DNA of 64,000 bases, from NCBI RefSeq assembly GCF_009914755.1, contig NC_060944.1, one strand, 5' to 3'. Every line of letters begins with the position of its first letter. Positions within the stretch are counted from its first letter, which is position 1. The stretch comes from the human T2T-CHM13v2.0 reference genome, Homo sapiens. Shown in pieces: positions 1 through 13,073 of this stretch. Below the pieces are notes generated by a model. The model was not told the origin of the DNA. It made no database searches and worked only from the letters and a program-made list of their open reading frames with translations. Made by a program: the position numbers and the translations under genes.

Positions 1-59
1 TGAGTTCTTCCTAGAGTTCTTCTGACTTTGAGAGTAGCTACAGCTGGTTTCCCTGAAGG

Positions 60-583
<524 letters not shown>

Positions 584-1814
584 CTAGGACAGTGAGACTA
601 AAACAGAAGCCTCTGTTAGCCATCAAAGGCACTGACATCTTACTGTCTGCTGTAAATGGCACTCCACTGGGCGGCATGCAGTATATTTGACTCACACATC
701 AACTTTAGCCCTTAACCCCAGTGGGAAAACCACTGTAAAGATCTGGATACCAGGGGCCACATGTGTGCTGATGCCTGTGGTTTGGTGGGGCTACAACAGG
801 AAATTCCTGCTTTGGAAAGACAGAAAGCAGATAGCCAAATTCTCTCTACCACATTTTGGAAACTATGTGTTTGAGTCTGATCAAGCATGATTTAGATTCA
901 AATTCAGAAACCATGTATTAGCCTTAGTTATGTGCCAGGCAGTCCTGCACTGGATCCGTTCATGTGAATGGCTCTGTTGAGCCCTCACCAAGACAAATAC
1001 ATCTATAAATGCCTGTTGGGGGTTCAATATTTAAACAAAATGGCATATACTCTTCAGGCAAACAGGAACTCTTCAGAATTCTCTGCTGTCTATTTGCGTA
1101 GGGAATTGACAGTTCTCACTTAGGCAAAATGACTTGTGTGCCAAGATATAGACTTTGGTTTCTTGAGCGTAGCTCAGTGTTCCCCAACTTCCATATTCAT
1201 CAAAATTATGCATACGGTTGAACACTCAAAGCTAGACATAGTGTGATGTAAAGGATTTTTTCAGGCTATCTTCTGGGTTGTTGAGGTGGGGCATAATGCA
1301 TGTGAAATTGTTTCTTGGAATGAGAGCCTAACAAAGGGGAGGACTGTGTTATATTCCGACCACTGAGCTCTGTATTGCTTGACACTGCCTTTCAACCTCT
1401 GAGAAATAAAAGTTCACATACCTTAAGTCGATGGTCATGAGAGACCAGGTCAGGGATGGAGTGTGAATGTTGTGAGCTCATTACTGTTACTGCAAAAGAG
1501 CCAAAAGTAGTGTTTCAGTATGAACTATTTTTATACACACACAAATATCTTTTCTTCTTTAAACTAGAATCAGGTGCTCTGGTTTTCATTTTATAAATGG
1601 AAGGGAAACCCTAAGGAGAGTCTGGTTTTATGTTTTAGCTTTATTTTTTAAAAATATATGGTACCTCCTTGAGAATCTGATGAAAGCAGACATCCTGCTG
1701 CCTCTTCCAGATGTGCCTAAGCCTGTGTACACACTCACACACACACGTGCACACTCACAGAGACGCACGTTCACATTCAGTTACCGAGAACTCATGGACC
1801 TGTCTGACCTCTGA

Positions 1815-2015
1815 AGCCAGTCTGCCTGGGTTGAAATCAAGTTCCACCACCTACTGGCTCTGTGGCTTTGGCCATATTATATAAAGTGTACCTCAGTTTC
1901 TCAATCTGTAAAATAGTGCTGGTGATCCTCCCTAATAAGATGGATTGCAGGATTAGCAGAGATAATAAAGTACTTAGGAAGTTTTGGCACATAGTAAATT
2001 CAATCAGTGTTAGCT
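1815..2015 (+). mobile_element. MIR
   Basis: Core cctcagtttctcaatctgtaaaatag plus typical flanks. Confidence 0.7.
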
Positions 2016-2676
2016 ATTTTTTTATTATTTCATTGGTACTTTATGTTATCCAAGTACTCTTTATTTGCAAATTTGTAAATTTAATCACATTAAATATTAA
2101 TTTTTAAATACTAAACATTCAATTTTCATCATTTTTTAGTAAAGTAGACCTTATTAAGACATTTAAACAGGTCCTACATTATAAACATAATTTTTGCTGT
2201 GAATGGAATAGAGCCACTGAAATGTACAGTGACCCTTTAGCCAGTAAGCTCATGCAAGTTTTAGCTCTAAGAAAAAAAAAACACTACTCTGAGACATTTA
2301 CCAATATATTTGACCATGTAACTTTTTGTTTCCTGGGTCATCTTAATGAAAGAATGCTCCAACTTGAGAAATTCTGCTCTGTGCCAAAAGTTGGCTTTTT
2401 TTCTTTCCTTTTAAAAGGACTTATTAATTGTTCTTTATGTTTGCAATATGTTTATAGCTTAGGAATTATTTTATGGAGTATCAGAAAAGGTTATAGATTT
2501 ACAAACAAACCTTAAGCTTGTGGAGCAAAAAATAAGGCATTTGTTATGTTCTGTACTTCTTGTGATTCTTGACTATATGAGTGCAAATGGCTTATTGAGT
2601 TATTGTTGAGAAATATAAAAAGCTAACTGATAACTTCTCCGTTAAAATTTTACAAAAACTTAAACACTTCTTTCAG

Positions 2677-2784
2677 GCTGCAGAAGATGTCAATGTTACT
2701 TTCGAAGATCAACAAAAGATAAACAAATTTGCACGGAATACAAGTAGAATCACAGAGCTGAAGGAAGAAATAGAAGTAAAAAAG
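2677..2784 (+). CDS. PFDN4: Prefoldin subunit 4, coding exon 2 (108 nt, phase 0/0)
   Basis: Acceptor ttctttcag| and donor AAG|gtattg. Translates to AAEDVNVTFEDQQKINKFARNTSRITELKEEIEVKK, matching the prefoldin-4 N-terminal helix. Exon 1 lies upstream of the window. Confidence 0.98.
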
Positions 2785-3625
2785 GTATTGAAAATAATTA
2801 TTAGAAGAATAAAATTTTTTTATACTATAGCTACTAAAACTGAACTCAGTTAACAAGTGAATATATATTTCTCTGGGCTGTTTGTTGCAGATGAATGACG
2901 CGATCCACTCTAGTTAAGCAGAAAGTCATTTTTTTTTTAAGGGATATGCGATAACTTACAGAGTTGTTGAGGAGCTTGAGTCTAGACCGAGGTTCCAGGA
3001 ACAAGTCTCGGAGAACTTGGCTGGCGGTGGAACAGCTGTTGCCTCCACTGATCCCAGAGTCAGCTGTCTTCCCAATGAGGAAGCCACCCTTGCAGACTTA
3101 GGAACACCAAGCTGCTGCTGCCAGTGCCACCTACCCCAGTAAATCTGGGGCCTGTGTCCAGCCGTCCCCCTTGAGTTGAAATCCAGCTCAAATGCATTTG
3201 ATTGGTGGAATTGAAGTTATTATCACTTATGCATGCTGGCAGAACTTTCATTACCCGCATGATTTACTTACACCCTATCAGCAAGCAAGGCTGAGAAATG
3301 TAGGCTGGTTTTTTTGGTTTTGTTTTTGTAGGAAGGCAGAATTCACAAAGTCAAAAATTGTTAAAATAGAAGAAATTTTGAGTGACCATGTGCCTGCTGT
3401 CCACCACAGGGCGCTTATTGTCCAGAGGACAAAGCTTTAGGTAGCTCTAAGTGCTTGCTTGTGAAATGTCTTCTAAAAAGTTACAAATTAAGGTCTTATT
3501 CTAATGTGGTAATAATACCTTTGTGAGAGGGTCCCTCAGAGAGTTGCTGTCCCCAAATTACAATTGGCCTTTAGCTTCTATCAGAGAACTTTGAGTACAT
3601 TTTCTTTGCCATTTTGCATTTATAG

Positions 3626-3766
3626 AAACAACTCCAAAACCTAGAAGATGCTTGTGATGACATCATGCTTGCAGATGATGATTGCTTAATGATACCTTAT
3701 CAAATTGGTGATGTCTTCATTAGCCATTCTCAAGAAGAAACGCAAGAAATGTTAGAAGAAGCAAAG
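3626..3766 (+). CDS. PFDN4: Prefoldin subunit 4, coding exon 3 (141 nt, phase 0/0)
   Basis: Acceptor ttgcatttatag| and donor AAG|gtatgt. Translates to KQLQNLEDACDDIMLADDDCLMIPYQIGDVFISHSQEETQEMLEEAK, including the beta-hairpin motif IPYQIGDVF. Confidence 0.98.
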
Positions 3767-4901
3767 GTATGTTAAAGGTTAATTCTGAAATTAGAATTTA
3801 TATCACTATAAAGAACATGTAATTATAGATGTAGGGAAATAGTAGATGCTAGCTATAGCTAATATTTACTGCCTTGTTATGTCCCAGGCATGCTCCGAAT
3901 GCTTTGCCAGCAGGATTTTGTTGAATCATAACGATGACCTGTTATCCCAATTTAGGGACAAAGAATAGAGGCTTAGAGAGGTTATGGGATTTATTCAAAG
4001 TGACACATAGACAGTGGTCTTCTGACTCCAGAACCTTGCTCAAAACTAAAAGTATTTAGAAGGTATAGCATATATTGAAGCAGAAAAGAAAAATCCCCTG
4101 TAATTCTGCTATGCAGAGGTAACCATTCATAGTGAACATTTTCCTGTATTTCTTTTATGTTCTCTCTGCCTCTCTCCGTGTAGTTTGCTTCCCAGTTGGG
4201 ACAATTAATGTTCCAGGAGGAGCATTTTTGCTGGTTTCATTGAATGTTTGTTTGTCCAGCAGATACTCATTGGAAGCCTGCTCTGAGCCTGGCACACAGG
4301 CCTTTAAAAACATCGTTTTTGAAGACTGTTTAATATCATGTTGATGGTTATCAATTGGGGTCACGGGTCTTATTGTTAGCATTAATTTGTTTCCAATATT
4401 TTGCTGTACTAATGTTACTGTGAGCATTCTTCTACATAAATCTTTGTTCACATTTAGAAAATTGTTTTGAGGAAATAATTAGAGAAATATAATTACTGGG
4501 TCAGTCAGCATATGAGTTCTCTGATAATATCTGAGACATTTGATACATGGTATGAAATTTTCAGTTCACATGCCTTCTTACTATTTGGGAGGGACAGCCA
4601 CGTTGTTTGTCTATGAGAAGCAGATGGCAATTAAACCTTTCCTAATGCTTTTGCTAATTAACCTGATTGCTTAAAATGATAGTCTCTCTTCAAATGTCAT
4701 AAAAAGCAAAACTTCGTATGAATGAAACCCACATTTAGTAAGTCTTCAGAAGAACTATCACTCCTGGGTCTTTCCATGCATAAATCTTATATGTCTCCCT
4801 TATGTTTAAATCTTTTCTTCTTGGTCAAATTTTGTGATTTTTGTTCTTTTTATTTGTTTAACCATTTAAAAAACATTTTTATTGGAAGTATTCCCAGATA
4901 G

Positions 4902-5285
<384 letters not shown>

Positions 5286-5790
5286 TGAACCTTTCTTTTT
5301 TTACTCATTCTAGAATTCTAGAATGAATGGAGTGCTTACTCTGTATCAGGTTCTGCCATGTACTAGGGATAATTGGGGACAACAAAACCTGCCTGGCCCC
5401 TGCCTGCATGGAGCATATAGTCTAGATGGAAAGAAAAAAAAGTAAACAAAACTGATAATGAGTAGAAAGTGATATGAGGATAGAGGTGGCTTTAAGAACA
5501 CAGGAAGAGGAATCTACACTAGTCTGGACATCAAGGGTCAGGGAAGGGCTCCCAGGGAAAGTGATGGGATAACAGCTGAGGAATAAGTGGCTATTAGCCA
5601 GAAAGGGGCGGCGGGGGGCGGGGGGTTCTAGTCGTGAGAAGCAACATGTGTGAACGGCCATAGGATGACGGTGGTGCAAACATAGACCTGCAAGAAGATG
5701 TATTTGCTGGAGATTGGGAGCACCTGAAATTGTGGCCACATCTTGGAGAACTCCAGTCAGTTGAGTTGAAGAAATTGTACTTTGTCTTAG

Positions 5791-5977
5791 CAGGGGTCAG
5801 CAAACTTTCTGTGAAGGGCCAGAAGTAAATACGTTAGGTTTTGTGGGCTGCACAGCCTCTGCCATAATTACTATGAAAGCAAGATGAGTGAATCTGCGTG
5901 GCTGTCTTCCAATAAAACTTGACAAAAACAAGCTTCAGGCTAGATTGGGCCTGTGGGCTATAGTTTGCCCACTCCCG
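5791..5977 (-). mobile_element. MER58A-like hAT MITE within an L2 remnant
   Basis: Terminal inverted repeats caggggtcagcaaact ... agtttgcccactcccg. Confidence 0.7.
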
Positions 5978-6158
5978 TCCCAGAGCAAAGAGGAGCCTTC
6001 AGAGATTTTTGGAAAAGAGAGAGATGATTGGACTTGCGATATTAAAATGACTTTCTAGTGTCTTATTTTACTTATTAACCAGGTTTTCTCGGTATAGAAA
6101 TTTAGAATTTATCCCTTTCTAGTAGCCATATGTCTTATTTTTGTTTCTTGTTTTGTAA

Positions 6159-6353
6159 CAGTGATTCTCAAACTTAGCATGCGTGAGAATCACAGTCACC
6201 ACAGGGCTTGTTAAAAATCCAGGTTGCTGGGCCCGACCCAAAGACGATCTTTCAGGTGGGCTGAGGTAGGGCCCCAGAATGTGTATTTCTAACAAGTTCC
6301 CAGGTGATTTTGTCCCTGACACTGGTCTCGGGGCCACCGTTTGAGAACCATTG
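6159..6353. mobile_element. MER5A hAT MITE
   Basis: TIRs cagtgattctcaaac ... gtttgagaaccattg and internal tttctaacaagttcccaggtgat. Confidence 0.8.
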
Positions 6354-7344
6354 GCTAGATTTCTAAAACGGCAACACTGTCAGTATTAGATATTCTTTGG
6401 TTTCTAATGTTAGTGGGTATTTGGTTTGTGTGATTTCATATTTTTTTGTCATGTTTAGGAAAAAAAATTGTTTTGATCCTAGCCAGGAAGGAACTTAATG
6501 GCTTTTTTTTTTTTTTTTAAAACAAAGAGTATATGTTAAAATTTATTTAATCTATTAATGAGGGAAGCATTAACATTACAAAACTGGTTTTAGAATTGAA
6601 GAGGCTAAGTATCTATAGATAGGTAGGTAGAAAGAATTGTCCTTTGGAATTGTATTTTCTTTTTTTTAATTATAAATTGACAATTTATAATTGTATAAAT
6701 TTATGGTGTAAAACGGGATGTTATAATTTATTAATACAATATGGAATAATTAAATCAAGATAGTTAACATGTCTATCACCTCAAATACTTAGAAAATATC
6801 TGAGTTTTCACTGGGCAAAGCTGCTCTTTCTTACAAATGAGGCACTTTTTACCACTCTTTTCCAAAGTTTAGCTCCAGAGGCCTCAAAGTTAGTGAAAAT
6901 TTCTGCCAGATTTGGATCATAAGTTGTTCTTCTTAATTATTGGTGGTTGGTGGTGTGAGTTTCTATCATTTCCTGTAGTCTCATAGTTATTTTTGTTGTT
7001 GGAAAAAGCTGGGTTAGAAGCCAGCAGGCCCAGGATAAACTATTTATAGAAGTCTTTGTATTTGGTTCTTTGTTAGGAAATAATTTAGACAGTAATTTTT
7101 TACTATTTTTTAGATCAGCAGAAACTGAGAAAACAAACTTGATTTATTCTGTGATAAGCAGATATGGACCATGAATTAAAAATGCCCACATTCAGACATT
7201 TAGATCTAATTATCAGTGTTACTTAGCTGCCTGTCCAAGTTTAGAAGGTTCTTGACCTAAAATTCTTCCCAAATATTATTTCAGACACAGATGCTCAGAA
7301 ATCATCCTATTGAATAGAATTAATTTAAAATATTTTTTTTCCAG

Positions 7345-7476
7345 AAAAATTTGCAAGAAGAAATTGACGCCTTAGAATCCAGAGTGGAATCAATTCAGCG
7401 AGTGTTAGCAGATTTGAAAGTTCAGTTGTATGCAAAATTCGGGAGCAACATAAACCTTGAAGCTGATGAAAGTTAA
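7345..7476 (+). CDS. PFDN4: Prefoldin subunit 4, coding part of last exon 4
   Basis: Acceptor tttttttccag|. Translates to KNLQEEIDALESRVESIQRVLADLKVQLYAKFGSNINLE ADES then TAA at 7474-7476. The conserved LYAKFGxNINLE C-terminus is present. Exons 2-4 give 126 aa. Confidence 0.98.
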   Translation, partial: KNLQEEIDALESRVESIQRVLADLKVQLYAKFGSNINLEADES

Positions 7477-7505
7477 ACATTTTATAATACTTTTTTTATT
7501 TGTTT

Positions 7506-7511
7506 AATAAA
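7506..7511 (+). terminator. Proximal poly(A) signal AATAAA
   Basis: Canonical hexamer 30 nt after the stop codon, in U-rich context. Confidence 0.6.
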
Positions 7512-8256
7512 CTTGAATATTGTTTAAAATGATAATTTTCCTTCTTCAAATGACATGGAAAGCAAAACTTTCTTTTTTAAAAATTTTCATTTATTTAATG
7601 GAAACTTGCCCATTTTCACATGTCTGCTTATTTATTTTATATTTTTAAAAGAAGACAGTATTCACCTATGTATTTTGCATAACGATTATATCAAGTCTAG
7701 GGGCTTCATGTCATGTTATTAAAATCAGTTAAGCAATCTTTTATGTTTCTATATTATTTAGAATATTTGTTGTTGCAATTTTCACATAAGAAAATTTAAC
7801 AGTTGTGTCATGTTGTTTCTGTCTGATTTTAATTGCTGTCTAATGACGGGGAAAGCACGATGAAAAGATGTACAATCCTGCATCCTTGCTTATTTCACAA
7901 CTAAAGCTTTGTCATAGACTTCAAAATATATATGTATATATTTTATTTAAATATATGTTACATATTATATTTAAACATACATATTTAACATTTTTTACAT
8001 ATCTATCAATATCAGAGATTTGGGTAAAAGAATGGGTAATGTTTAAACATGTGGAGGCATGTGGAGCTTTATACAAACAGGGCAGAACCACAGAAGAACG
8101 TTTTAGAAACCAAGAGATGTGCAGAAAGAAATGTTTAGTGTTTTTTCGTTTTAAATTTTAGATTTTATTTTAGTGCTTTGTAATTAATTGGGGTTTATAT
8201 TGATAAAGATGTGGAAGTTAAACAGCTATGTATGTAAAAGTAAGGCTTATTTCTTA

Positions 8257-8262
8257 AATAAA
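8257..8262 (+). terminator. Distal poly(A) signal AATAAA
   Basis: Canonical hexamer with two tandem TGTA (CFIm-type) elements at 8229-8236 and a GU/U-rich downstream stretch (ttttgggatttggg). Confidence 0.75.
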
Positions 8263-8335
8263 GGATGCATTTCTTCCCACTCCCCCACAAAAGACAAACA
8301 TTTTGGGATTTGGGAGACCTAAATGTATTAACTTT

Positions 8336-8349
8336 CCAGCAGATGGCAC
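8336..8349 (+). promoter_or_regulatory. CTCF binding motif
   Basis: CCAGCAGATGGCAC matches the CTCF core CCASYAGRKGGCRS at every position and lies in unique sequence. Confidence 0.7.
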
Positions 8350-8551
8350 TGATGTGCCAAATGTGAATGGAAGGATCCTAACACAACAATGAGATTGTTA
8401 GGATTAAATATACATAATTTTAGAGGAAATATTTTTAATTTTTAAGGCTAAACTGCATATGTATTTTTTGGTTCAGTGTTTATAAACATGAATTCAGGCT
8501 TAAAGATAGATGATTATATAATTTCTAAAATTCTTAATACTATAAAGGCAG

Positions 8552-8850
8552 TTTTTTCTTTTCTTTTTTTTTTTTGAGATGGCATCTCACTCTGTTGTCT
8601 AGGCTGGAGTGCAGTGGTGCGATCTCGGCTCACCGCAACCTCCACTTCCTGGGTTCAAGCGATTCTGCCACCTTAGCTTCCAGAGTAGCTGGGATTACAG
8701 GGACTTGTCACCACTCCCAAATAATTGTATTTTTAGTAGAGACATGGTTTCACCATGTTGGCCAGGATGGTCTCCATCTCTTGATCTTGTGATCTGCCCG
8801 CCTCGGCTTCCCAAAGTGCTGGGATTACAGGCGAGCCATTGTGCCCGGCC
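8552..8850 (-). mobile_element. Alu (AluS)
   Basis: Antisense Alu with T-tail. Short TSD AAAGGCA at 8544-8550 and 8851-8857. Confidence 0.95.
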
Positions 8851-11384
8851 AAAGGCAAATTTTTAAATTGCTGCAAAAATCTTCCCAAATAGTGATATTC
8901 CAGTTCTGGAAAATGACTCTTACCAAAAAAATGCAAGGATATTTTTTTCTTGCATCCATTTGGTTAATGTTCAGTTAGAGGATTGAGGCTGGGGAGGTAG
9001 TCAATCAAGTTGCAGCAGGAAATAAGATCAGAATAATTTGAGGAAACTCTCACCAAAGTTAACAATGGTGCCGGGTGACCACTAGGGTCCTTTTGGACCC
9101 TCAAAGGCCAGGGGAGAGAGCAACTGCCCACTTCACTCCCTGACCAGGGAAAGTTGCTTTTCATCTGGGGAGGAACACAGCCAGCCTGTGTCATACCTGC
9201 AGTGGTAGAGCCAGGGGACTAGACATCCTGACCTCATTCTCCCTCCAAAATCCACCTGTGTCCCACCATTGGCCAAACCCAACCAGAATCCGGAGGTGGT
9301 CCATAGAAGTCAGTCGCCTGCAGGGCCTGGGAGGGGTGGGGAATGGATAGGTCTGGGGATCCCCCAGTGGAAGATCTAGCATAGGAGGGCGACTAAAGTT
9401 TAGCCCTTTAGAAATGTTAACAACGAACACTCGCCTGACATGGGCCAAGAGACTGAACTATGTAATTCACTGGGACTTCAAATTTTGTCCTGCATATTAT
9501 CAAGAAAACCTAATACAAAAACCCAAATATCTAACATCAGTGGGATGGAAGCGTGTGATGTTGCTAACTTCATTTTCTTAACTTACCTGTGACATTTTAG
9601 AACATTACAAATATTTGATTCCCATTTTAAGTTCATTTCTAAAGCCTTTGCTTATTTTTGTGAATAGTAACTTCCCTGGGCTAGCTGAAGACTGGGGAAC
9701 AGCACGCGGTGCATCTGAAGGGAAAGGAAGAAATGTCAGCTTCAGCCAGTAGTTGCGACAGAGGGAAGTTTTGATCTGGATTTGTCACTAACTTCTTTTT
9801 TTTTTTTAAGCAGGAATCTTGATTTGCATGTGCAATCACTCTTTTTAGACTGGGCCACTATTTGTTTTTTAAAGCAGTGCAGGCTACACAACAGATAATT
9901 GCACAACAGATCTGGCCCTGAGACTGCCAGGTTGCAAAGTCAGGTGCATAATATGATACGTCATGTGCAGGCTTTTCACAGGAAGTGGTAGTAGAAGTCT
10001 TCTGAGCAGCTATGCTTTGCTGCTGACTGTAATGTTTCATTATCTCTCACATCCATTAATTTCTTTCCATCTCCACAACTACTGTGATCCTTGTCCAAGC
10101 CTTGTGAGCTCTAGTCAAAAGCATGGCTAAGTAAGGGAGCAAGGGGATGGAAAAGCCATTTGAGGTAGGGTTTCGACAGGGGGTCTCTAAAGGGTTTTGA
10201 ATAGAAAGGAGCAGTACTTTTTAATAATTTGGCAGTTGTTAGGTGGGCTTTACTGTAGAAAGATGGAGGTAGAAATACTGGATGTTATTGTACCTTTTCT
10301 GGTGAGCCGAATCAGTTGGCTGAAGAAAAGATACACCAGGACTTAGAGAAGGGGTGAAATGAACAAATTTTGTCAATGATTGGAGAAACGAAGGTGAAGC
10401 TAGAAGGAGAAACCCAAAGAGAAGTTGGTTTTGAGCACAGGCCAGTACAGCTTGCAACAGGTTTTCTTTGGCTTCTATAGTTTAACAAAGAAAAAAAAAA
10501 CCCTGAATTTGTTGCCACAATCAAATCCAGAGATCTCACATAAAAATGCACGGTTTGGCAACATTGAAACCATATTTCTAAAAGGCAGTCTTCAGCTGCT
10601 CATGCGTTAGACAAAGCAGGCTGTCTCCAGTTCACCCCAGTCCCCACCTAGCCCACTACCCTCATTTATATTACCTGCGTGGTGCCTGTCTGTATTTGCT
10701 TTGTAATCTCTGGATGCCTGCTGGTAGTGTAAGCAGAGGCAGGAAAGAAAGAAGTGTCTGGTTTGCAGGAAGCAGGGCAGAGGAGGGGGAGGGTGAGAGA
10801 AGGGCACGAGCTTGGCATCAGCACTTGGACTTCCCAGGGCATCAGCCACGTGGAGACATGTAATTGGCAACCGGAAAAGTGTGTTGAAGTTTAGGATATG
10901 CGGGACTAGGGAGGTATATTTGAGAACCCTTTTCATCCTACAGAAGGGCTTAACATTTAACGCACATAAAAATCACCCGGGGATTTTGTGACACTGCAGA
11001 CTCTGGCTCCGTGTGGGCTCGGGCTGAGATGCTGCCTTTCTAACAAGCTCCCAGGTGACGCTGCTGCTGCTGAGCCCTGGTGCCATGCATTGGACAGCTA
11101 AGGTAGCTTGCCACGAAGAAGAGGACGTGGGGAAAATGCAGGTGGGAGGAAAAAGAAACAGCAAAGGAGACAGAAGCTGCAACGGTAATGGGAGATCCGC
11201 AAGAGTGTGGAATCCCAGAAGCCATGATGAGAATGCTGAAAGGAGGAGGGAGTGTGATCAACAGCAAATAGTACAGTGGCGAAGCCAATAAGAGCCGAGA
11301 AGATGGAGCTCTATTTGATGACTAAGAAGGCCCTTATTTCCTTCAAAAGAGTTAACCCACCCCTACTCCTTACACACAAACTGG

Positions 11385-11849
11385 AGCTCCAAACACCCTA
11401 GACCCCCTGACCCGAGGCCCCCACACCTGAGCCCCATACCCTTGAACCCCACACACACCTGAGCCCCACACACACCTGAGCCCCACACACACCTGAGCCC
11501 CACACACACCTGAGCCCCCCACACACCTAAGCCTCACACAAAGCTGAGTTCCCATAACCCTGAGCCCCGAAACCTAAGTTTCCCCACCCCTAAGACCCCC
11601 ACATTTGAGCCCCACACACCCGAGTCCTACATATAACTGAGTCCCCATACACCTGAGGCCCCCAGACTGGAGCCCCCATATACTCAAGCCCTCCCACACA
11701 CGAACTCCCCACAGAGCTGAGTCTCCATGTACCTGATCTCCCCACACCTGAGCTCCCATATACCTGAACCCTACACACACCTGAGACCCCCATACCTCAG
11801 CCCCTCCCACATCTGAGCCCACACACACCTGAGTTCCACACACACCTGA
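11385..11849. repeat. C-rich minisatellite, ~17-bp unit GAGCCCCACACACACCT
   Basis: Three perfect units at 11461-11511, with degenerate 15-17 bp units on both sides over ~460 bp. Confidence 0.92.
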
Positions 11850-13073
11850 GGAATCAGCTCCCTCCCGTCAGGCACCAGTGATTCTCGGGGGTGATAATTG
11901 TGTGGTTTGAAAAAGCCTGAACACATTAGGTGCTGAGGATCAAAAATACATGAACAATTCTCTAGTTCAGCGTTTCTCCAGGTGTGAACATGGAACCAAC
12001 ATCACCTGGGAACTTGTTAGAAATGCCAAGTTTTTCACAGGACTAAACCCTGAAAAAAAATTCCCCCACTGGGCAATGATATTGAGCAACATAATGGTCA
12101 TTGCCTTCAAAGATGACTTCATAGCAACTCTGCAGACAGGGCCCAGGGTTTTAACAAGCACTCCAGGTGATTCTGACTCAGCGAAAGAGCTGGTGGGGTT
12201 CAAATCATTCCATCTTTCTGGGATTGGAGGGCGTGGGGGTGGTGTTGGGGGAAGAGACTGGAGCACCAACTGAGAATTCTTAATGCAGATTATAGTGCTG
12301 GAGAGGGTAACAAAAGAGGGCAGCATCAAAGAGATTGACCCATCCAGTTTAGGGATCGAGGGTAGCTAGAAGCATTCCGGTTGCTGGTAGTAAACAGATT
12401 ATAAAAGATTAAGCAGTAGGTGGTGTGAGACTTGGAGGCAGCAAGTGAAAAGTATTTTTACAAGAAAGTTAACAGTGGTGGGAAAGAGGCAGAGCATCAC
12501 TTAATGTCACTGTGGTGCAGATGGAAAGGCTTTTTTTTTTTTTTTGGACTAGGGAACACATGAATACACACAGTAGATGAGAAGGAGCCAGGAAAGAAGA
12601 TGATGGAAAAGTCAACGGACAAGAGGTAATAGTTGGAGCACATCTGTGAAAGAAAGGGGTGCTGTAGTGCTTATACAAACGGTAGACTGGGAAAACACAG
12701 AATTAGGTGTATATGTTACAAAAACTCCTAAGGAATAAATGGTAGAGAAAAAAATTTAGAATAGTGATGAACTGTAGGAGGAAGATATAGTTGGGGTAGG
12801 CAAAAACAGGAGGAGGCTTCAATAATCTTTATGTTCTATTTCTTAAGTTGGGTCATGGGTCCATAGTTATTGGTAGTCAATATGTTTATTATTAATTATT
12901 TTATGTACATGAAATTCTTCACAATAACAAGTTTTTTTATAAAGTTCTGTTGTGGCACAAACAAACTAGGAAAAATGTGCATTACTGTGGCATTGTTATT
13001 GATATTTCTGTATTGCATTCAACTACTTTTTTGTCATTTGACATAAAATGGATCATGGTGACTCTCCAGTTTT

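Larger units (their letters stand above)
7477..8285 (+). other. PFDN4: PFDN4 3'UTR (AU-rich), end approximate
   Basis: Follows the stop codon and is very AT-rich. Contains ARE nonamers (7591-7599, 7628-7636) and a TGTATATA element (7933-7940), and ends just after AATAAA 8257-8262. Confidence 0.8.

Noticed and set aside
11370-11843. Gly/Val/Cys-rich ORFs on the minus strand, and a possible CRISPR-like array
   Set aside because: Translations of the minisatellite. The units are contiguous with no unique spacers, and the DNA is eukaryotic.
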